A stretch of DNA of 62,684 bases, from positions 1-62,684 of the forward strand of contig CAZAKN010000006.1 of NCBI GenBank assembly GCA_964486065.1, in the 5' to 3' direction. Position numbers and translations under genes: made by a program. The notes under the pieces were generated by a model. It was given only the letters and a program-made list of their open reading frames with translations, ran no database searches and had not been told where the DNA came from. The DNA is from an uncultured Gammaproteobacteria bacterium (GTDB taxonomy: Bacteria > Patescibacteriota > Patescibacteriia > UBA11705 > JABHMO01). Below, in pieces: positions 62,655 through 62,684 of this stretch (positions are counted from its first letter, which is position 1; each line of letters starts with the position of its first letter).

Positions 62655-62684
62655 GGAGCCAGGTACCGGACGGCACCTGGCTCC
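62655..62684. other. GC-rich 10-bp-stem hairpin at the right window edge
   Basis: GGAGCCAGGT-ACCGGACGGC-ACCTGGCTCC. Context is truncated by the window end. Confidence 0.6.

Overview
Low-GC, gene-dense bacterial window with about 70 CDS, 5 tRNAs and no rRNA. No integrase, transposase or cas gene was recognised. The gene content points to a small-genome, anaerobic Patescibacteria/CPR-like organism, but that lineage call is inference. It rests on short streamlined housekeeping proteins, many secreted or membrane-anchored orphans, a DUF5667-like protein, a VirD4-like ATPase and an [FeFe]-hydrogenase. The backbone comprises dnaX, pheS/pheT, a PSP1 protein, tsf, rpsB, a trmH-like gene, uvrB, uvrA, uvrC, rarA, tpiA, greA and nagZ. 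It also holds an M16 peptidase, a Fur-Prx-SOR-Fur oxidative-stress cluster, a membrane protein/NuoF-like/HydA hydrogenase module and a 1075-aa hybrid histidine kinase. Seven things merit a second look. (1) A perfect 55-nt GC-rich hairpin-bearing direct repeat with 115-nt period is cut by the left window edge. (2) dnaX carries an A8 run followed by UGA in the -1 frame at its domain III/linker boundary, a possible tau/gamma recoding site. (3) An orphan PD-(D/E)xK-like gene is wedged between pheS and pheT. (4) One subset of genes is visibly GC-richer, led by a Shine-Dalgarno (SD) sequence and mostly monocistronic. It contrasts with SD-less or leaderless housekeeping genes and includes a J-domain operon between uvrB and uvrA. 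(5) A roughly 330-nt GC-rich intergenic element with its own promoter, nested helices and tandem terminators is a candidate structured RNA of unknown class. (6) A module of Zn-ribbon protein, ECF sigma factor and membrane protein is duplicated around an RcnA-like metal transporter fusion. (7) UvrA lacks its insertion domain and UvrC lacks its HhH domain. All coordinates were read by eye from the sequence. No database search, GC calculation or RNA folding was run.
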